Positions 19,448 through 24,000 of a stretch of DNA of 24,000 nucleotides are shown piece by piece (the first letter of the stretch is position 1; each line of letters begins with the position of its first letter). The position numbers and the translations under genes are program-made. This DNA is from Methanobrevibacter boviskoreani JH1 (lineage in GTDB: Archaea > Methanobacteriota > Methanobacteria > Methanobacteriales > Methanobacteriaceae). A model generated the notes under the pieces. The model did not search any database, had not been told where the DNA came from, and worked only from the letters and a program-made list of their open reading frames with translations. The stretch covers positions 18,573-42,572 of the forward strand of contig NZ_BAGX02000020.1 in NCBI RefSeq assembly GCF_000320505.1, given 5' to 3'.

Positions 19448-19966
19448 TTAGTCAAAAAGCACTGAGGATCTTATTATAAAATCTTTACTTCCACATTTTG
19501 GACAGTTTTTAAATCTTGAAAAGGAACTAGGGATATTTTTACCACAATTAGGACATTCAATAAGATCACCATATTTTTTAGATTTTAATTGACCATTCAA
19601 ATTATCAGAAATTTGATATTCTTCAAAAGAATCACCATTTATGAAAGACACTGTTATAAGCTCATTTCCCTCATAGTTATCTAAAATAAAATTAGCTATT
19701 TCCCCTTCATTTATTCCAAATTCATTTTCAGAGATAACAAATCTTTTAACCATAGATTGACAGTTATTACAATAAGTAATATAAACATGTCCATTGACCT
19801 TACCTGCAATAAAATTAGAGGCCCACATACCTAAAGATAATTCCTCTACTTTCATAGATTCAAAATCCAAACAGAATATGGTACTAGTTTCTGTTACTTC
19901 AAATCCACAATCCTCACAAAAATAAACCGTAGATTGACCCATTCCATCACCCTCTTGGAAAATCAA
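19448..19966 (-). CDS. Hypothetical double zinc-ribbon protein, paralogue B (164-172 aa)
   Basis: Four CxxC pairs: CEDC, CNNC, CPNC, CPKC. It is co-linear with the upstream paralogue. The track start is TTG at 19966. The ATG at 19942 (MGQSTVYFCEDCGF) is preceded by GAGGGTGAT and aligns with the paralogue's N-terminus, so it is the likely start. Confidence 0.6.
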   Translation of the reverse strand: MIFQEGDGMGQSTVYFCEDCGFEVTETSTIFCLDFESMKVEELSLGMWASNFIAGKVNGHVYITYCNNCQSMVKRFVISENEFGINEGEIANFILDNYEGNELITVSFINGDSFEEYQISDNLNGQLKSKKYGDLIECPNCGKNIPSSFSRFKNCPKCGSKDFIIRSSVLFD

Positions 19967-19969
19967 TAA

Positions 19970-20440
19970 TTAGTCTTTAAAAATACATGGTATAAATTTA
20001 TCTAAAGCATTACTTCCACATTTAGGACAATATTCCAATTGAGATATTCTTATTGGAATTTCTCCATTACATTTAGGACATTCTATTTTAGAATCCTTAT
20101 CATAAACTTCCTTAAAAAATCCATATTCATTAGTTTTTATAAATGGATTGTTTTCTATTGTAAAAACCTTAGAAGGTTTATCTGATAAATCATTGATTAA
20201 ACTGAGTAGATCATCTGAATTTTCATTGGATTTTTCAATAATATAAAATTTAACAATACTTTTACAGCTATTACAATAAGATGTGAAAACCCTTCCATGA
20301 ATTTCATACTTTAAGATATTAGGATAGAAATTAATACTTGTTTCTACAAGTTTATCCGGATTATTTTCTATATAGAAAATTTTATCGGAATCATTAATCC
20401 CATATCCACAATCGTTACATGTAATCTGAACATTGCTCAC
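19970..20440 (-). CDS. Hypothetical double zinc-ribbon protein, paralogue A (156 aa)
   Basis: Four CxxC pairs: CNDC, CNSC, CPKC, CPKC. Blocks shared with paralogue B are C[NE]DCG[YF], YCN.C[KQ]S[IM]VK and ECP.C-x13-CPKCGS. GTG start at 20440. I recognise no enzymatic motif. Confidence 0.6.
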   Translation of the reverse strand: MSNVQITCNDCGYGINDSDKIFYIENNPDKLVETSINFYPNILKYEIHGRVFTSYCNSCKSIVKFYIIEKSNENSDDLLSLINDLSDKPSKVFTIENNPFIKTNEYGFFKEVYDKDSKIECPKCNGEIPIRISQLEYCPKCGSNALDKFIPCIFKD

Positions 20441-20586
20441 AAGAATACCCTAAGTTATATTTGATAGATAAAAATAGACATTTAACAGAATAATAAAAAA
20501 ATTCCTTTCATTCGATAAATAAGAAAAGTTAAATTTGAATTGGATTAATAAAATTAAAAAGTATTTGAGAAAATCAAATACCTATC

Positions 20587-21351
20587 TTAATTTCTAAATA
20601 CATCGAATTCTTTTGGACGAAGTAATGGATGAATGTCACTATCCTCATTTCTTAAGGTATCAAATGCACTAAAACCTCTAATTATAACAACAGGTAAACC
20701 CTCATCAGCCTGACCTTGGATTAGAGATGCTGAGGCAGCAAGTTCATCAGCTGTAGCAACCTCGGTTGTTTGAAGTTCACGGCCATAAAGATCCTTTTCA
20801 CCTTTTCTTTTCCATAATGGATCTATTCCTGAGCATCCGAGAGCCACTCCAACAGCACCTACCCTAAATGCCCTGCCTTGAGTATCGGTAACTATCACAG
20901 CTAACTCTTCACCAGTTTCCTTTTCCAATTGTTCCCTAATTTTTTTTGCAGACAAATCTGCATTTTCAGGAACAGGAGTTGCAAGACCATCACCAACATT
21001 TGATTCATCAATACCTGAATTTGCACATACAAAACCTTGTTTTGTTTCGGTTATAACAAAGTCAGGACCTACTTCAACTACCTCTCTTGCTTCCTGTATA
21101 ATTGCCTCAACCAATTTAGAATCTTTTTTAGATTTTTTAGCAATCAATATCGCATCTTCAGATGGTAGGATATCACCTAATTTAATAACATTACCTTCGG
21201 ATTTAGAGACCAATGTTTCAGCAACTAAAATAATATCCCCATGTTGAAGTGTTTCACCTTGTTCTTTTAAAGCATTTAAGATTAAATCCGCAATATTATC
21301 TCCTTCTTTAACTAAAGGAATTCCTTTTAAACCAAATAATTCTATGCTCAT
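20587..21351 (-). CDS. cofE: Coenzyme F420-0:L-glutamate ligase CofE (254 aa)
   Basis: CofE pattern: the N-terminal [24 protein letters not shown] (vsqkivSKaEG), [11 protein letters not shown] and [12 protein letters not shown] (i.isDt.gRpwR). Length is typical. Confidence 0.9.
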   Translation of the reverse strand: MSIELFGLKGIPLVKEGDNIADLILNALKEQGETLQHGDIILVAETLVSKSEGNVIKLGDILPSEDAILIAKKSKKDSKLVEAIIQEAREVVEVGPDFVITETKQGFVCANSGIDESNVGDGLATPVPENADLSAKKIREQLEKETGEELAVIVTDTQGRAFRVGAVGVALGCSGIDPLWKRKGEKDLYGRELQTTEVATADELAASASLIQGQADEGLPVVIIRGFSAFDTLRNEDSDIHPLLRPKEFDVFRN

Positions 21352-21548
21352 AATATCATCACTTTAAAATTAATAGATTATTTATAAATTCTATTTTTTA
21401 AAAGTTTCTATTTATTCTGATTTATAAAATAGCTAGAATCAACTATTAATGAAATGTTATTTTAAAAAACTAGTTTAAATATAAAATTATAAAAAACAAG
21501 GAAAAAATAAAAATAAGTTTTATTCATTTGCTAAGCAAATAAATCAGT

Positions 21549-22181
21549 CTAAAGTTTAGGTGACAATGCAACAGTATCCCATTTACCGTCATAGACAGAG
21601 GCAACAGAACTTACCGGATGTTCAAAGTCAGCGAATACTCCCTGATTGAAAATGTATTGTGCAGCCTCTTTGCTTGTAGATGCATCATATTCAACCATAT
21701 GAGGTTCTTGATGTTCATAGACAGAAATATATGCTGCCTTACCATATTCCAATTTTTCAACACGGATTTTAGAATCGGTGACAATTCCAACATATGCCTC
21801 ATACTTATCCTCATCTGTAGTGTTTTTTACGACACCAGCAATTCTTGGAGTATGATAATCATCCTTTTCATAGTCCATAGTTAAAAGAGAATATGCAAGG
21901 CTATCGCGGATATTCATACCTAGGGCTAACTTGTCTGCAATTACATCTGTCTGTGAACCATTTGAGACAATAGCCAAATCATCTACAATTCTAATACAAT
22001 TATATGTTATATATGGATTTTCAAAAATATCCTTCTCAAAACCTTCTTTTGGAACAATAGCTGCTTCCTGACCAAATACCTTAGCCTCTCTATTTGGAAA
22101 ATGGCGGCTTGATAATCTATATGCAACAAAAGGTTTTCCATCAACATTCATACCTAAAGATAAGATTCTTCCTAAATACAT
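21549..22181 (-). CDS. purO: Archaeal IMP cyclohydrolase PurO (210 aa)
   Basis: The N-terminus [31 protein letters not shown] matches the conserved PurO start (MYlGRil.vG....g...vaYRvSSRSFPNR). Length is typical. Confidence 0.9.
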   Translation of the reverse strand: MYLGRILSLGMNVDGKPFVAYRLSSRHFPNREAKVFGQEAAIVPKEGFEKDIFENPYITYNCIRIVDDLAIVSNGSQTDVIADKLALGMNIRDSLAYSLLTMDYEKDDYHTPRIAGVVKNTTDEDKYEAYVGIVTDSKIRVEKLEYGKAAYISVYEHQEPHMVEYDASTSKEAAQYIFNQGVFADFEHPVSSVASVYDGKWDTVALSPKL

Positions 22182-22400
22182 TAAATACCTCCAGATTAAA
22201 AAGTAATAATCAAGGTTAGATTTATTCTATAAAATATTTATTATTTTCTTTAAAAAAAACTTATTTATAAAATTTAGAAAACCGTTTTCATAATAAGATA
22301 CTTACTTTTAAAAAAAATAGATAAATAAAAAATTTAATTCCGAAATCATACAATGAAACTAAAATTAGCTAAAATAGTCATTTATAAAAAAAATATAACA

Positions 22401-22442
22401 AAAATTAAAAAAAAAGATAAAGATAATTGATTAATAATCAAT
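22401..22442 (-). terminator. Candidate terminator of the exbB-exbD pair: 8+1+8 perfect palindrome abutting the stop codon, followed by T9 on the - strand
   Basis: attgatta (22426-22433), a, taatcaat (22435-22442). Downstream on the - strand the sequence reads tatctttatc ttttttttt aatttt. Confidence 0.4.
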
Positions 22443-22897
22443 CAACCTGAATTCTGCTCTGAAGGGTTTCTTACAGCTTTATCAGGAGAAAAACCTGCAG
22501 GAGTAGTAATGTAAATTGTTTTAGCCTTGTTATCTACGTTAATATTTCCTTCATCGATTACCTTCGCATGAATAGCGATCGAATCATCCTGAATATCTGC
22601 AGACATATCCTGACCATTAACCACTACCTTTTGAAGTCCATTAACTGGAAAAATATAATATTCGGAATTTCCACTTGTATCTGTTACATTTGGTTTACCA
22701 GTAGCATCGGAAGCTTGTTGAGAATCTGATACATCAGCTGTACCTGCAAAACTACTGGTAACGATCACAAATATTAAAATGGTAAATAAAATATCAATAA
22801 AAGGAACTAAGTTAATATTAAGTTTATCTTCTTTCAATCTTTCCTTCCTTGATTTAATATCTAAACTCATCTTATCACGACTTTTAAGTCCAATCAA
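22442..22897 (-). CDS. exbD: ExbD/TolR-family biopolymer transport (ion-channel plug) protein with an extended C-terminal domain (142-151 aa)
   Basis: Signature N-terminal TM segment LNINLVPFIDILFTILIFVIV (ExbD/TolR: .i.l.PliDv.lvLLiFF). It is followed by a Ser/Asp/Thr-rich linker and a ~70-aa beta-rich domain. The track start, TTG at 22897, directly abuts the exbB stop. The ATG at 22870 (MSLDIKSRKER...) with an upstream GTGAT is the more likely start. Confidence 0.8.
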   Translation of the reverse strand: MIGLKSRDKMSLDIKSRKERLKEDKLNINLVPFIDILFTILIFVIVTSSFAGTADVSDSQQASDATGKPNVTDTSGNSEYYIFPVNGLQKVVVNGQDMSADIQDDSIAIHAKVIDEGNINVDNKAKTIYITTPAGFSPDKAVRNPSEQNSG

Positions 22898-23737
22898 TTA
22901 TTGTTTAAGTTTACTTTCAACTATCTCAGAACCAACATTACACATCTCTAAGATAATATTACTAATACTTTTCTCTAACATACTTGGTTTAAAGGAGATT
23001 TGAATGTTAGCATCAGGTTCAGATATTTCACGGACATTAACAATACCTTCACCTTCCTGTAATGATTGAATTACACAAGGTAAATTCTCGGTTACCCTGA
23101 TTTTTGCTACGGCATAATTCCAATTAGTCATTTTAGTAGCCAATTCAATCTTATCCATTTCCCTTTCAATCAATATTTTAATATAAGTATATAAAGGAGT
23201 TAAAACAATAGCTACAGTCAAACCTGCAATAGTAGTAATCAGTGCAGTATAGATACCTCTAGCCATAGCAGTTGGATCAGGATTTACCCCCAATGATCCA
23301 AATGTCATCCAAATACCGATAACAGTACCTATTAAACCTAAAAATGGAGCAAGTTCAATAATAGTCTTTATAGTATCTAACCCTTTAGTCATTTTACTGG
23401 TTTCTACAATAAAAATCTGTTCCATACTTTCTTCAACTTCGGTTTTGTTTTTATAACCAATCTTCAAAGCTTCAGAAATAATTCTAGAAACAGGGTTTTT
23501 GTATGGACTAATTTCCTTTAAAGCTTCAATAGCTCCTCCTCTTTCCATGGCAACAGACACTACCCCCATAATCTCAGTAGCATCTATATCACTAATCTTC
23601 CTAAGATAATTGACCTTTTGAAGTGAAGTGATAAATCCCCAAATTCCTATAAAAGTAATAATATAGGTAATGATACCTCCTTGTTGGAAGAAATCAACAA
23701 AACCAGATATTAAACCAGTAATTGCTTCTATTATCAT
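22898..23737 (-). CDS. exbB: MotA/TolQ/ExbB-family proton-channel protein with an ~80-aa C-terminal extra domain (279 aa)
   Basis: Three predicted TM segments. The MotA_ExbB core is ELAPFLGLIGTVIGIWMTFGSLG ... MARGIYTALITTIAGLTVAIVLTPLYTY (canonical aPllGLlGTV.Gmi.aF ... Gi..AL.tTa.GL.vAip). A GAGAGG SD precedes the ATG. Confidence 0.85.
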   Translation of the reverse strand: MIIEAITGLISGFVDFFQQGGIITYIITFIGIWGFITSLQKVNYLRKISDIDATEIMGVVSVAMERGGAIEALKEISPYKNPVSRIISEALKIGYKNKTEVEESMEQIFIVETSKMTKGLDTIKTIIELAPFLGLIGTVIGIWMTFGSLGVNPDPTAMARGIYTALITTIAGLTVAIVLTPLYTYIKILIEREMDKIELATKMTNWNYAVAKIRVTENLPCVIQSLQEGEGIVNVREISEPDANIQISFKPSMLEKSISNIILEMCNVGSEIVESKLKQ

Positions 23738-24000
23738 TATTTTCCTCTCTAAAATTAAATGTTATAATTTAAATTATAAAATTAAATTAAATTAATTAAA
23801 AAAATATAATACAGATATAAATATCTCATTATTTATTTAAATAGATTTTCTTTACACTCAACAAAATAACAGAATAGAACAAAGCAAATTAGAATATTCA
23901 AAGACTAGGACAAAATTCAATCTTTAGATTTGAAGAGACACTTAAATATCAAATCAATTATTATCATTTATAAAAACATAATTTCATCCAAATCCCGTCA

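Noticed and set aside
21611-21884. ORFs 21611-21814 (-) and 21618-21884 (+) overlapping purO
   Set aside because: These are alternate-frame or antisense ORFs within the conserved PurO gene, with no independent support.
22779-23003. 74-aa + strand ORF spanning the exbB/exbD junction
   Set aside because: It is antisense to two genes with clear family signatures, and its translation is low-complexity L/S/I-rich.
1-24000. CRISPR arrays, tRNA/rRNA genes, IS elements, integrases, prophage or defence-island signatures
   Set aside because: There are no regularly spaced direct repeats beyond the single 2 x 25-bp duplication. No GC-rich structured islands suggest tRNA or rRNA in the intergenic DNA. 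No transposase, integrase or nuclease-helicase defence-type ORFs are present. The gene content is housekeeping or cofactor metabolism.

Overview
This is a very AT-rich archaeal chromosomal segment, almost certainly from a methanogen of the Methanobacteriales type (Methanobrevibacter/Methanosphaera-like). The taxon call is inference from gene content: topoisomerase VI, aIF-1A, type II GAPDH, archaeal PurO, GTP cyclohydrolase III, CofD/CofE, MCR component A2 and a methanogenesis-marker-9 Cys motif. I support 22 protein-coding genes. Two are on the - strand (0.2-1.9 kb), eight on the + strand (2.2-11.4 kb) and twelve on the - strand (11.6-23.7 kb). The + block holds the conserved aIF-1A / Rio1 kinase / KH(Dim2-like) cluster, the top6B-top6A operon, gap, an endonuclease-IV-like TIM barrel and an orphan AAA+ ATPase. 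The - block is mostly methanogen cofactor and MCR-maturation functions: hemA, sirC-like precorrin-2 dehydrogenase, a marker-9 protein, atwA, a DUS/NifR3-like TIM barrel, arfA, cofD, cofE and purO. It ends with an exbB/exbD-like pair. I found no rRNA, tRNA, CRISPR array, transposase, integrase or other mobile-element signature, so this looks like core genome rather than an accessory island. No clear novel multi-gene system is visible. The best candidates for undescribed biology are: (1) two tandem paralogous eight-cysteine double zinc-ribbon proteins between cofD and cofE; (2) an ExbB/ExbD-type ion-driven motor pair with extra domains and no visible partner, in an organism without an outer membrane; (3) a marker-9 double CCxxxKPCP domain fused to a UBA-like tail next to atwA; (4) a DUS-like TIM barrel next to arfA whose conserved N-terminal motif runs upstream of the only canonical start codon. 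All functional calls come from motif recognition by eye, and no database search was run. Several ORF-track starts (TTG/GTG) look over-extended, and the likely true starts are given in the feature evidence.
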